The position numbers and the translations under genes were made by a program. A DNA stretch of 63,123 nucleotides, filler included, from Octopus bimaculoides (lineage: Eukaryota), in the NCBI RefSeq assembly GCF_001194135.2. It is 4 parts of 4 records of this genome, joined end to end, with 100 filler letters (N's around TTAATTAATTAA, not from the genome) between each part and the next. Parts side by side here need not be neighbours in the genome. Positions count along the whole stretch, not along the records: positions 1 to 31,607 come from NC_068982.1; 3 more parts are not named here. One strand, given 5' to 3'. The notes under the pieces were generated by a model, which was not told the DNA's origin, ran no database searches, and saw only the letters and a program-made list of their open reading frames with translations. Below, piece after piece: positions 1 to 12,549 of the stretch. Each line of letters starts with the position of its first letter. Position 1 is the first letter of the stretch.

Positions 1-74
1 ACCATATACATCGCGTGTTGACCAATTCTCTTTCATTCTTTCGACGCAATTCAACGTACATGTACACACACACA

Positions 75-129
<55 letters not shown>

Positions 130-219
130 TTATATATATATATGTATGTATAAACCTGTGTGTATGTGTGTGCGTGCGCACAATGTGTATATACTCGCAA
201 ACACACACAATATTCACAC

Positions 220-690
220 ACAGTTAGGGATTTGGTCGTTTAAATATATTCGGCAGTTGACCATCAGCTGATGTCAGAAGCCTTTGATAATGTCAGATAT
301 AAATCATTGTCTCAGATCCTTTTCTATCCTATTTTATAAAGGTGATTTATAACTGCAGTATTAATTGATGTACAAGTCTAATATATCGTATTGCTATCTT
401 TTATACGAATTCTTCTCTGAGATATGACTCAATATTCTTTGACATATCATGTGTTTGGGAAAGCTTGCCTTTTGTTTGAAATGAAGCTTTATTCCAAGTC
501 GTCGATTCTTATGTCAGTAATGTCCTTCCAAATCTTTGAGTATCAGTTACTCAGAGATGTTCAAATGCCCTGATGCTGGCAGATAGTATGTGTTTGCTGT
601 CACGAAATGCATGAGATCATTCAATATTGATGGATTAATGCAGAAAAGTACGAAATCAGGAATCATAAAAGATTCTTATATATATGGTTA
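220..690 (-). pseudogene. Highly degenerate CR1/L2-like LINE reverse-transcriptase remnant
   Basis: Stop-riddled minus-strand translation gives SQRRIRIKDS and DNDLYLTLSKASD, resembling RT motifs QHGFRKKRS and VDVIYLDFSKAFD at similar spacing. Confidence 0.45.
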
Positions 691-2082
691 TATTTTAATT
701 ATATAAGATGAAATATGTCCAAAATTAGATGCCTAGTCCCAGACATAAAAATACACTGAATTTATATATGTTTTAAGTATTCTAACTTGTAATATTCTTT
801 ATCATTAGATACTGGGATTTGAGTAAAGAATTATTGTTATCAGTTGTCACACTACCGTGAATAAGCAATTTAAGTTGCTAGGGTAGCTTAGCTGACGTTT
901 TCTTTGGATTTATAATCTGTAGCTTTTCGTTAGATCAATAAGTTTAAACATGACATGCATGTCATGTTTAACCTAAATAATAAGTTTAAACCTAAAACAT
1001 GCAAGCCATGATTTTGAGAAGGGAATGTAAAATTGGCAATTCTCAGAATTTGGCGTATAATGTCATATACTCGAATATTTCAAATGCTTGAAATATCTCA
1101 AAATTATTTAGTGCAATTAACTGAAGTAAAATTTGAATTCAGTGTACTAAAGAATATAATAAACCAGGTATATTTATTATAAAACGGAAAAGTATTTTAG
1201 TTTATAAAATTTGAGTAGTATAAAATGCCGAGACATTCAAAACTGGGTGTAATTTCGAGATTGTAACTGGTAAATAAAAACTTTATATTTATTTGAATAT
1301 CGTGGGCAGAATGATATTGTGTTTTATGGAGGCGTTTTTCAGAGGAACCAAGGCTCGGATATACGCAGTTGCTTCTCATAGGGAACACAAACATCTTTTT
1401 CAGTTAATAAACAAGTTTGATCCACAGTTTTCATATATAGGAAATAATGTGATTCTTAAAAATCAAGAGACGTGCTGAAACATTATCAAATCATAATAGT
1501 AACATACTAAGGAATATTAACTTAATTTAAAAAATTGAAAACTATTTAAAAATTTTAGCAAGATGGAAAGAACGGTGTATTTAAAAATCAGAAATGAAAC
1601 AAAAAGTGAGTAATAGGTTCTACTATCACTCAATTTAATAAAGTCTTAAAAAAAATTAAAACACAGATTGGAAAAATGAAAAATTTTAACAATAAAACCA
1701 AAATTTTTAACATTAAATGCTTGTTAGAAATATACTAAATTTTTTTTGTAAGAAAAAAAATTGTGCTATTATACTAAATGTTAAACTAGAATTCAGATTT
1801 AAATATTACAGAAAGTACTAGGTAAAACTAAAAGCTATGCAAAATCTTTTCTTTTTTAAAGAAAATTTTTTTATGTTTTCGTACAAATACATATAATATT
1901 TTATTGTACACATTTTTCGTATAACTTTTCTTCTAATTTAACTGTTATACCAAATTTTTTGATTTAATTTTTTCAGAACTTTTTATTCCAAGTGTTCTAA
2001 CTTGGGCCTTGACATTACCTTACTCGTGGCTTATCTATTGTTCACATATGTGTGTTGCTCACTGTACATCAAATAATTCTCA

Positions 2083-3070
2083 ATGAGTGCTAACAAACGG
2101 AAGTATCTTGACGAATATATTCGATTTGGATTTGTGTCCCTCCAAAAGGGTGACACAGAACTCCCCCAGAATATGATATGTTGCAAAACTTTTGAGCAAT
2201 GATGGAATGCGACTCTCACACATGGAACGCCACTTGAGGACAACACAGGCTGCTCTTGCAGACAAGCCCAAGAAATTCTTGGAAACAAAAAGACATTCCT
2301 TGAAGCAAGTTGAGTTGGGCGGTAGAGGGGCATTTCAGCAACAAACGTCAATGGTTGTTGAGGCTTCCTATGAGATCGCCATGTTGATTGCAAAGAGTAA
2401 GAAGAGCCATAACCGCAGAGAGTCTCTCATAAAACCTAGTCTACTCCGTACAGTAGAACTCGTTCTGGGGAAAGATAATACAAACAAGTTTTCCCAGATT
2501 TCACTATTGAACGATACAGTCAAGAGAAGGCTCAACGACTTGTATCAAGATGTTGTTGTTGGCACTCCGTCGCTTACGACGTCGAGGGTTCCAGTTGATC
2601 CGATCAACGGAACAACCCACTCGTGAAATTAACGTGCAAGTAACTGAGCACTCCACAGACACGTGTACCCTTAACGTGGTTCTGGGGGATATTCAGCGTG
2701 ACACAGTGTGACAAGGCTGACCCTTTGAATTACAGGCACAACAGAAACAGGAAGGAAGAGTGAGAGAAAGCTGTGGTGAAAGAGTACAGCAGGGTTCGCC
2801 ACCATCCCCTGCCAGAACCTCTTGGAGCTTTAGGTGTTTTCGCTCAATAAACACTCACACCACCCGGTCTGGGAATCGAAACCGCGATCCTATGACCGCG
2901 TGTCCGCTGCCCTAACCACTGGGCCATTGCGCCTCCACTGTCTCAAGATATCAAAGATCAAATTCTCAACCAAGTAAGAGATTCTCCTATTTTTTCCATC
3001 CAGTGTGAGGAAACGACTGACATCGCTCAGTGTTCTCAGCTACTGGTGTATGCTCGTTTTGTTTTCGGGC
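2083..3070 (+). pseudogene. Degenerate hAT/Buster-type (ZBED5/ZBED8/SCAND3-like) transposase fragment, interrupted by a SINE
   Basis: MSANKRKYLDEYIRFGF..PQ.MICCKT(fs)LSNDGMRLSHMERHL..EASYEIAMLIAK..SL.NDTVKRR, resuming at 2939 as LSQDIKDQILNQVRDSPIFSIQCEETTDIAQCSQLLVYARFV. Frameshift near 2190; the first catalytic Asp reads Glu; 3' truncated. Confidence 0.88.
2552..2938 (-). mobile_element. Full-length tRNA-derived SINE (family C) with target-site duplication
   Basis: Minus strand starts AGTGGAGGCGCAATGGCCCAGTGGTTAGG (A box) ... GGTTTCGATTCCC (B box) and ends in (AAC)n. Flanked by TGTATCAAGAT (2541-2551) and TGTCTCAAGAT (2939-2949). Confidence 0.88.
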
Positions 3071-5500
3071 AACTGTGTAAAAAAGGAAAGTCACCCTATA
3101 GATAGTTGTAGAACAGCAGAAGCAATTTTTCGAGCTTTGACTGACTTCAGCTTTCAGTGCTAAAATACATTAATAAAGTTTTGTACTTAGTAAACTCTTT
3201 TGTGGTACCTAATAAAAATTTATATTTCGGCTTATCCAAATCAATTTTTTTATATTTAATATTACTTATCCTTACGTGCCACTCGAATACAGAGCAGAAG
3301 ATGAAAAATGTTCACTTCAGTTAAACACTTTGAAAGAGCTTGAACGTTGTACTATACAATTTCCCTTGATACTTAAGTTTATACTAGTTGTAAAGAAACC
3401 AATATCGTTAGCGTAAACAGAAGGTCACTAATTAATAGTAAAACTTTACTAAATAGAAAACTGATGCAGTTAATGTTGTTGGTGGCGGAAGGTATAGTTG
3501 TAGTCGTTTTGATTTGGTTTAAAAATACCCAAAGATATTGTTTTGAATACTGATACTGAATAGTATTGACTGCTAAAAGACTAATATTATTAAGAAGTAA
3601 TATTTGATGTCGAGGCATTGTAGTAACTATAGAAGTCTGTTCTTTTATATTTTAAGGTCGTAATTGTTCTTTTTGTGCTGCATTGTCTAGTCCATGGCAC
3701 ATAAAGCGTATATAATAAAGTGGATACGTAATTATTTTAGAAAATAGGGCTAATATTTAAAATAGAAAGGCCAAGGAACGTACATTATAAGAGCATAAAT
3801 TAGTTATCGGGAGCGTTAAAGTTAATTACACGATAGTCACATACCAATTTTATATTTCCTTCACTTTGATCTTCGTGTAACAATATGAAAAGTTCTATGG
3901 CAAAAATTGATTTTCTTTTATGCAAGCAACTAACAATAACATCTACTGAAGTCTGTCAATATTTCTAATTCGAGGTGGAGCCAGACGGAATGACTAAACG
4001 CCTTAGAAACGGAAGAAACGAATTGTCTACATAGAAACACTAAAATACATTACCATATTCTGCTGCCTGGTAACGGAAAAAAAAAGAATGAACTTGAAGC
4101 GCAAATTTTTATTTAAATTTTCATTCGAGGTGGAGAGGCTTCATATATCGGAATGTGTATTATATTACTACACTGCGTATGTTAAATTTGATCCACAAAA
4201 ATCACGCAAAATGCAACGTTTGGAAGATATATTTAGAACATATTAAACAAACAAAACGAGAAACATGACTAAAATATCTATAGAATACTGGTCAATAAAA
4301 TCAAAACCGTATCCACACAAGTGAAACTTTGAATAAAAGTCAGAAAGATTTAATGAGGGAATTTATTTTAAATAAAATTAAATACAATAATAAACCCAAG
4401 GTGGAAATTGATAATTAAGTTCTATAGTAGTTCTTCCTATTAATGAACAGAATACCAACATAATGACAAAACACAGGGAAAATTAGCAACAAAATACACA
4501 AAATGTAGAATTAATGAAAATAGACGGTAAAACAGTATAAGCTGTACATGTAGCAGTCACAGTAGTTACAAGGGAAAGTGGATCGCCTTTCACATGGGCT
4601 CATATAGGAATCTCAAAACACAAGGAAAGATGAGACTTAATACTAGCGAAATAAAGGAAAGAAGTATCGGAAATCAAAGAAAATATAACACAAATAAAAC
4701 GCTGCATGACATGTTGCAAATGCTATGGGGTTTACAAAGCAATCGGATGAGTATAGAAGCGAAGATATACATAATGTATAATTGTGTGACAGAGTCTCCA
4801 GAACAGAGAACCACACCTAGTGTCAATTAAGAACCCCACATCCAAGATTATCCTGATTACCAAGTGCATATACTCTCACTAGCTATAATATAACTGCTTA
4901 CAGATGCACGCTAAGTGTAGTCACATTTAGTTAAGCTAACGTTTTAACAAATTTGCAGGAGTTTAGCAGGTATTTCCTCACCTTCACCTTCAAGCCTTAC
5001 TTAAAATCTTGGTTGAAAGGGAAAATATCACTCTTCCTTTATTTTAGTTGCTTCTGCCAGATGGTCTAAGTATATAGGAATGAGGGTAAGTTCCTAACTC
5101 TTAACAGTATTTTATCTTTGTGCGTGAACCTTCAAGATAAATCTCCCGTTCGTTGTGTGATATCGCCTAACGAAGTACGATGTGCCAATACATCTACATT
5201 CCCGCACAGTTGTTTCCAACAGAAAATGAACCCCACCACCATACTAGATGTATAAAACGAACTTCAAACATCTCATCAATCTCTTGAGTATCGGGTACGT
5301 CAAACCTCGAATAGACCTCGCTCACAAAGCGTTGAATAAATATTATTGCTTTCATTTGCACTATTGTTTGTGCTTTCTTTTGTTGAAAGACAATCACATA
5401 TACCAGTACGTTACTGACTTGTCATACATGCACTAACATAACTATATTTACATATATGCATCTTGGCACTAATATTTAGACGTTAATATTCATACAATTA

Positions 5501-5920
5501 TAAGGTGGCGAGCTGGCAGAATCGTTAGCATGCCGGGAACAATGCCAAGCGGCATTTCTCCCGTCTGCACGTCCTGAGTTCAAATTCTGCCGAGGTTAAC
5601 TCTGTCATTCAGCCTTCCGGGGTCGATAAAATAAGTACCAGTTGAGGTAATCGACTTACCCCTCACTCGAAATTCTTGGCTTCGTGCCAAAATTTGAAAC
5701 AATATTCATAGAAGTAAGGGCGGTGAGCTAGCAGAATCGTTAGAATGCCGGGTAAAAGGCTTAGCGGCATTTTATCCGTCTTCATGTTCTGAGTTCAAGA
5801 ACCACCGAGGTCGACTTTGCATGTCACCCTTTCGGGGTCGATAAAATAATAAGTACCAGTTCGGTTTACACCCCTCCCTCCAAATTGCTGGCCTTGTGCC
5901 AAAATTTTAAATCCAAATTC
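5501..5920 (+). mobile_element. Two head-to-tail copies of tRNA-derived SINE family B
   Basis: Units ~5501-5703 and ~5716-5920 share TAAGG(T/G)GGCGAGCTGGCAGAATCGTTAG ... CTGAGTTCAA ... TTCGGGGTCGATAAAATAAGTACC ... GTGCCAAAATTT. Confidence 0.8.
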
Positions 5921-6062
5921 ATACNNNNNNNNNNNNNNNNNNNNNNNNNNNNNNNNNNNNNNNNNNNNNNNNNNNNNNNNNNNNNNNNNNNNNGCCTAAA
6001 TGAAGCAAAAGTTATCAGAAAATTAAATGTTGAGTTCTCTGACCGATAGAGTTTCCTTTATA

Positions 6063-6225
6063 GGCGCAGGGGTGGCTATATGCTAAGAACCTTGCTTACC
6101 AACTACATGGTTCCGGGTTCAGTCCCACAGCATGATACCTTGGGCAAACGAGTTCTACTATAGCCTCGGACCAACCAAAGCCTTGTGAGTGGATTTGGTA
6201 GACGGAAACTGAAAGAAGCACGTCG

Positions 6226-6263
<38 letters not shown>

Positions 6264-6443
6264 AGAGTATTTGTGTGTCAGTGTTAGTCCTCCCACCATC
6301 ATTTTTGTTTATGTCCCCGGCAAAAAGACATCGATAGAATTAGTACTCGGCTTACAAGAAATAATTCCTGGGGTCGATTTGTTCGACTAAAAACGGTGAT
6401 CCAGGATGGCCACAGGTCAAGTGACTGAAACAAATAAAAGAAT
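6063..6443 (+). mobile_element. tRNA-derived SINE family A (bipartite, internal microsatellite)
   Basis: GGCGCAGG(A)GTGGCT head, GGTTCCGGGTTCAGTCCC B-box region, GGATTTGGTAGACGGAAACTGAAAGAAG, (TA)n, then a 3' module ending GACTGAAACAAATAAAAGA. Same sequence as the 45420 and 57996 copies. Confidence 0.85.
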
Positions 6444-7710
6444 ACAGGCAGATTTGTAATCGAAAATGTTTTGAAATGGTTTATTTGAAGAGAGAGGCAA
6501 TGAGCATGGGTTAGAGTGGTGATGGAAGAGAAGGAATAAAAAGAAAGTAGTGCTATATGGGAAAGAAAAAGAACGAGAATAATGGAGGGTAAAGAAAGAA
6601 TGTAGCGTGAGGAGTAGTGTTATAGAAGGTCGATAAGGTAAAAAATATGAGAGGGAATATCAAAGTTAAATGGGATACAGTTAGACACAGTTGGAGGTAG
6701 AGAATGTTAGAGATAGATGAAAAGTAAAACAGAGAGAAATAGACATAATAGAAGAATGGCAGTGAGAATAAGAGGAATATGTTTAACCTAATATAAGCAG
6801 AGAATGTTTATGTGAATGGGGAGAAAATAGATAAAACGGAAATAGAGAAGTGAAGGATATGGGAAGGAATAAAAAAGAATAAGACCTGATTGTAGGAGAT
6901 GAAGCCTAATCACCAAGACAGGGAAGACAGTAAAGGTAGATACAGAGATAGATGAGTGCAGAGAGAAAGAGAGAGAGATGGGTGAGAGATGGGTGAGAGA
7001 GAGGGGAGAGAGATGGACAGGAGGTGAAAAACGAGTAGAAGGATAGGTTCGGCAAATTACAGAGTTAAGGAAGAGAATGATCAGAGAAGATAACTCTGGA
7101 GAGAGTGAAGTAAAGAGAAAAGGTACATGAAGGAGAGAAAGAAAGGAATGAGGAGAGAAAGAAAGGAATGAGGAGAGAAAAGTGTGATTTCAGGTGATAA
7201 AAAGAGATAAAGAGACANNNNNNNNNNNNNNNNNNNNNNNNNNNNNNNNNNNNNNNNNNNNNNNNNNNNNNNNNNNNNNNNNNNNNNNNNNNNNNNNNNN
7301 NNNNNNNNNNNNNNNNNNNNNNNNNNNNNNNNNNNNNNNNNNNNNNNNNNNNNNNNNNNNNNNNNNNNNNNNNNNNNNNNNNNNNNNNNNNNNNNNNNNN
7401 NNNNNNNNNNNNNNNNNNNNNNNNNNNNNNNNNNNNNNNNNNNNNNNNNNNNNNNNNNNNNNNNNNNATGGCTAGGAACGAGGAAGATATGTTTGAATTT
7501 TTGGAAATAAGGCTCTAAATAGAGCTATTTCCGATTTGAAAAATATATGTTCACGAAGTATTTTGTGTTATACACAACTTATACAAAATTTTAAAACAAA
7601 ATAGGTCTTTTAAGAGGTGAAAAATGCAACTTACATGGGAGCCGATGTGTCTACCGTCCGTCCATGATGATAGATAGATAGATAGATAGGTAGATAGATA
7701 GATAGGTAGG

Positions 7711-7772
<62 letters not shown>

Positions 7773-9029
7773 AAGAGAAAGAAAGTGAATGAAGAGAGCG
7801 AATGGTAAGGATATATCTCTTTATCTCATTTAATCTAATCGAATATACTTGCAAAATAAGAGAATAAATGGAAGGAGGAGGAGGAAAAGAGAAAGAGAGA
7901 GGGAAAGAGAAACAGGGAAGGGAATGAAATGAGATAAACGAAAAGAAAAAGTGAAAAGGGCGAAGTCGACATGAAGAAGAAAAAAAATGAGAGAAAATGC
8001 ACATAGAATGAGAGAGCGAGAGAGAGAGGGAGAGAGGGAGAGAGGGAGAGAGAGAGAGAGGGGGGGAGGTAAGACAGTATAACACGCTAATGGTAGATTG
8101 TATTCGTAAATGATGAGAAATGTAGAATGATGGACAAATGAGATTAGAGAACGGAACCTTATAAAGTATTAATAAATCTGAGGCTAGGTAAGCACAGTTT
8201 TGTCCAAGGCGCCGTAATGTGGAAGTAGGATCGAACCTGGAAACATATGGTTGTAAAACGAACTTATTAACCACACAGACATACTTGGACCTATTTAAGA
8301 GAGAAAAATATAACAGAGAAAAATATCTAAAATGAAAGAATTGCATATAAAATGTGCACATTTCTGAAATTCTAATGTTTATTTCGATGTAGAATGAAAA
8401 CCATGGTTGGCAAGATCTTAATCGAGGCATTCAGTGTCAAAAGTACATATAAAGGACTTAAAGAAAGAGGATAAAAAAAAACGTTGGAATGCGTCACTAT
8501 ATGATTCCTTCGTAACGAAAAGCAATTATGAATGCTTTTCTATTTGATTTTGAGTAATCACCCAAGATAAAACGAGCGACTTTATCGCCTTTGTGACTGA
8601 TAACCATCAGTAACTAAGGCGGTGTTACAGAAAAGGGAGATAATTTATTCCAGTGATAGAAGATGTGGTTTTATTCAATTGTAGAAATATTCAAGAGAAA
8701 TTCAAATATACAAAACGAAAACAAACTAACAAATTTATAAATCCAGTTGTAATCCGGGTTAAGACTGCATTAGCACCACAAATAATTACAAATTACGTTT
8801 TGTGTACCAGTTTAATTTGCATGAAATTTTGTTCGTTCAATACTTTCATTGAGTTAGACTGTCTAGAATGTCATCTTCTTTTGCAAAAAGGAATGTTAAT
8901 CTAACGGAAGATGATAAGAACTATCTCCTCCTCTCCCTTCACTTTCTCATCATTATCATCATCGACATTATTACCGTCATCGACGTCGATCTCATCACCG
9001 TCATCATTGCCACGAAAACCACCAGGAAT

Positions 9030-9730
9030 GAAAAACAAATATGACCTCGGGAGGATTTGAACTCAGAAGGTAAAAACCAGGGTAAATATGGCAAAGCGTT
9101 TAAACTTCCGATGCTCTCACGGTTCTGCCAGTTCGCCCTCTTCTAAATGGTTCTAATTTAAGCAAAAGCCTGCGGTTTCGGTCGGACACTGTTGGTCGAT
9201 TCGATCAAATCCAAATCGTCACTGCTACTTCATTTTAGCGACCCTACAAGAATGAAAGTGAACATCAGTGAGATTTGAACTCAGGATATGTAGAGTCGAA
9301 ATTAAATACCGCAAAGGATTTTAACTGATGCTGTAACGATTCTGTCAAGCTACCGTTCCAATACAATAAAGATGCTAACCTTTTATGTCATAAGCCCAAG
9401 TCCTTAATAAATATGATAATAATTCTTTCTAGGCTCAAAGTCTGAAATCTTGTGGGAGAGGGATAGTCGATTACATACACCCCAGTGTACAACAAGAACT
9501 TATTTTATCGATCCCGAAAGGGTGAAAAGTAAAGATGACTTCTGCTGAATTCGAACTGAAGAGGAAGACGAAATGCTGATAAGAATTTCGTCCGGCGTGT
9601 TAACCATACTGCCAGGTCGTCGCCTTAATAAAGATAATAGGAATAAGAAAAACTGTGGGATTTCAGTACGATCGCAACTAAATACAGCAAAGCTTTGCGG
9701 TCGCAGCACCCTCGTTCAACCACCACCTCC
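9030..9730 (-). mobile_element. Cluster of about four degenerate SINE family B fragments in the same orientation
   Basis: Repeated GATTTGAACTCAG / CTGAATTCGAACTGA ... CGGCGTGTTAAC motifs near 9055, 9270 and 9545, complementary to the family B head. Confidence 0.65.
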
Positions 9731-10035
9731 CTTCATAACAGCAGTAACAGCAAAGTCAAGCTTTAGGCTGGAAATATTTCATTCTAAAATAGAAGATAAC
9801 TTTAAAGGTAGTGGAAATTGGTGGAAAATTGATAAATTATTATTAACTACATGAAATATTGAAATCTAATACAAAATATATTTCTCTCAGAATATTCTAC
9901 AACACAACTAATATTATAATATTTGGAACTCCAATAAAATAAATTACTTTTCAATAGATTTTCAGAATTACAAGAACAGATATAAAATTACAATTTATAA
10001 AAACACTTATTTCCTATTATTGAATTTATAAACAT

Positions 10036-10038
10036 ATG

Positions 10039-10070
<32 letters not shown>

Positions 10071-10137
10071 TGTATGTATGTATGTATGTATATATATATG
10101 TTTGTGTGTATGTGTGTGTGTGCGTGAGTATATAAAT

Positions 10138-10215
<78 letters not shown>
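10036..10215. repeat. Compound microsatellite (TATG)n-(CA)n-(TA)n, representative of dozens across the window
   Basis: Read directly. Similar tracts near 60-160, 7660-7770, 11760-11830, 14130-14245, 25370-25445, 27135-27205, 27445-27760, 38990-39180, 47770-47845, 51630-51700 and 61830-61920. Confidence 0.95.
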
Positions 10216-10217
<2 letters not shown>

Positions 10218-11361
10218 CAATAGACACGCGTGCGTGTGTACACGCACGTATATGTGAAGTAAATTACATATAGTTTATTCGGTTTTGGCACCGTGTATTA
10301 CAGTTGTTGGATCACAAGTGCTGTCTTCGTATTGAATTTTAAGTGTAAGTAGCTGAGTATTCCGCAGGCACTTGTAAACTTTACGTAGTCAGTGAGACAT
10401 TGTGTGCAATAGTTACTCCTTGATTTACAAGTACAAATCTTGCGACGAGTTTCCAGAAACTTCTGTCGAGGTACATTCTTAGGTGGGATTAGATTTTTTA
10501 AACAATACTAATACTAAGAGGAAGAAGGATTAAGTTTGTTTAATTTCACTTTATTTATATTTTAAAAGTGTGTTTTTACCTTCTTTTAAATTGCAAAGTG
10601 ATTTCATTTGTGTCGTAAACCATTTATTATTTCGGTGGCGTCCCCATTTCACTTGATACCCTAAGCACGTGTTTATTTTCATTAATGGTTAATCCAGCGG
10701 TGGTCACATACTATATCTATTTACGAGTATCATTTGTATATTACTTGTACGGTAAATGTTCTGAAGCACGCATAGTGGTATTTTGAAATTATTTGATACG
10801 TGTTTTTGAAGTCTTCGTAATATAAAATAGTAACTGTAGTCCATTAAACTTCCTAAGATTTTATATATGCCTCTTAGAAATATACATATTACGGAGACCT
10901 CAGATGTACTTCAAAATGTATTTAAAAATAGCACTATTTGGTTTGACTCTATTATTACAACATATACAATTCAATGCTAGTACAATTTCGCAAACTTATG
11001 CTTGACTCGATTCAAAAATTCTAGTGCTAGCGTTTATACACACATGCACACGCGACCACACTTATCTGTAAGATAAAAGGTATATACAGTAAGTTCTCAA
11101 ATCCTTTTCCTTTTACTATATAATCACCTGGAACATTTCATCTATACCTCCTTTTTTGATGTATCTGAAACATTGTACTTTACCCTGTTACTATAGTTAT
11201 TATTCTGACTGTCAGAACTATTGTCACGGTGGACAGTATGCACGGATATGCACCAAGCATGCAACTATTCTAGAAACCGATGCAAAGAACTACACACCTC
11301 TTAGTCACATAAGCACAAGAAATTTATATTCTTTATCTATCTATCTATTTATCTATCTGCC

Positions 11362-11569
11362 TACATTATTTACACTGGACGGATATGTATCCTCATCTTG
11401 TTTATTGTTACCATAACTTTTCGGCTGATTTACTTTCCAGCCTTCATCAGGTGTCTTGGTAGTTCTCATTCCTAAGTTATTTTTGCTGATATTATTACTA
11501 TTCCTATTCAAGGCACTGCCTGGAATCGGGGTTAGTAACCCGCGCTCTTAACCATTACTCTATATGACC
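11362..11569 (-). mobile_element. tRNA-head SINE carrying a hammerhead-like motif (family E), copy 1
   Basis: Reverse complement aligns along its length with 29421-29660: degenerate tRNA head, AAT-rich linker, TAACTTAGGAATGAGAAC, GACAC-CTGATGA-A-GGCTG..CAGCC-GAAA, AAACAAGATGAGGA tail. Confidence 0.8.
11410..11455 (-). ncRNA. Minimal type I hammerhead ribozyme-like motif (family E), degenerate copy
   Basis: GACAC CUGAUGA A GGCUG-gaaaguaaau-CAGCC GAAA. Stem II perfect; GAAAC reads GAAAA and the stem I 3' strand is mutated. Confidence 0.6.
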
Positions 11570-11884
11570 GTGGGCAATTATAGAGTGAATTCTAGGGCTT
11601 ATAAATCTAATATTTTTGTATCCTTCCTTAATACCGGTTCCCATATTCTACTCATATCTGCACTAGCTCTGCTTAGGAGGTTATTGTGTCCTAGCATATG
11701 TGCTGCCTCTTTTAGTTTCCATATTTTCCAGTGGTACACTCTGTCCTAGTATATGTCTGTCTGTCCGTCCGTCCGTCCGTCCGTCCGTCCGTCCGTCCGT
11801 CCGTCTGTCTGTCCGTCCGTCCGTCTGTCCGTCTGTCCCTCTGTCTCTCTCTATTTATGTGTGTGAATATATACATGCGGGTCT

Positions 11885-12019
11885 TGTGTGAGCAAGGCTG
11901 TGTAGAAGTTATAGGACAGTTATAAAGAGAAAGGTAGCTTTACAGCTGTTTCCGGGATATTAGGGATATCCCTGCATCAGAGACGATATGAGAGAGTTAA
12001 CTAGAGGGAAACAGTAGAG

Positions 12020-12020
<1 letters not shown>
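11885..12020 (-). mobile_element. Penelope-like terminal repeat with hammerhead-like motif (family F), inverted copy
   Basis: Reverse complement ~130 nt homologous to 12905-13040. Core GTCT-CTGATGC-A-GGGATAT-cccta-ATATCCC-G-GAAAC-AGCT-GT-A at 11941-11984. Confidence 0.7.
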
Positions 12021-12072
<52 letters not shown>

Positions 12073-12549
12073 CATTGCATATATAATATAATATCATATA
12101 ATATAATAGTGCATATACACATTCATATGTATATGTGTGCGCGCGTGTCTATATCTATATACACATCTTTCTTTCTCTCTCAGCTTCATCAGCCCCCATT
12201 ATCACTTTAGCTAGTACAATAAGTACCTACGGCTATTTTTAGAAACTTGACCATTATATCTTATTATTCTTCCCTTCCTTTTAGTACACCCCCGTACGAT
12301 TTCTTTACCTATCTTCCCATCTTAGTGCCTTTACCCACTTCCCATTTCTCACAAATATTCCCTCCTAACATTCTTCTCTCTTCCTTCTATCCACCCCTAT
12401 CCCTTTTATCCTGATAGCTCTCCTCTCCCATCCCCCTCATAATATCTTGACCACCATCTAGGACTCCTTTTTTATTTTTCTTCCTATTTCTTTCTTTCTT
12501 TCTTTCTTTCTTTCTTGCTTTATTTCTTTCTTTCTTCTTTCCTCCCCTA

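Noticed and set aside
5194-5397. Minus-strand 67-aa ORF with natural-looking composition (...FIHLVWWWGSF...)
   Set aside because: No recognisable family and no convincing splice sites; an overlapping plus-strand ORF of similar length suggests chance.
11156-11416. Cys/Tyr-rich 86-aa ORF
   Set aside because: No splice signals or signal peptide, and it runs into a microsatellite and the SINE tail.
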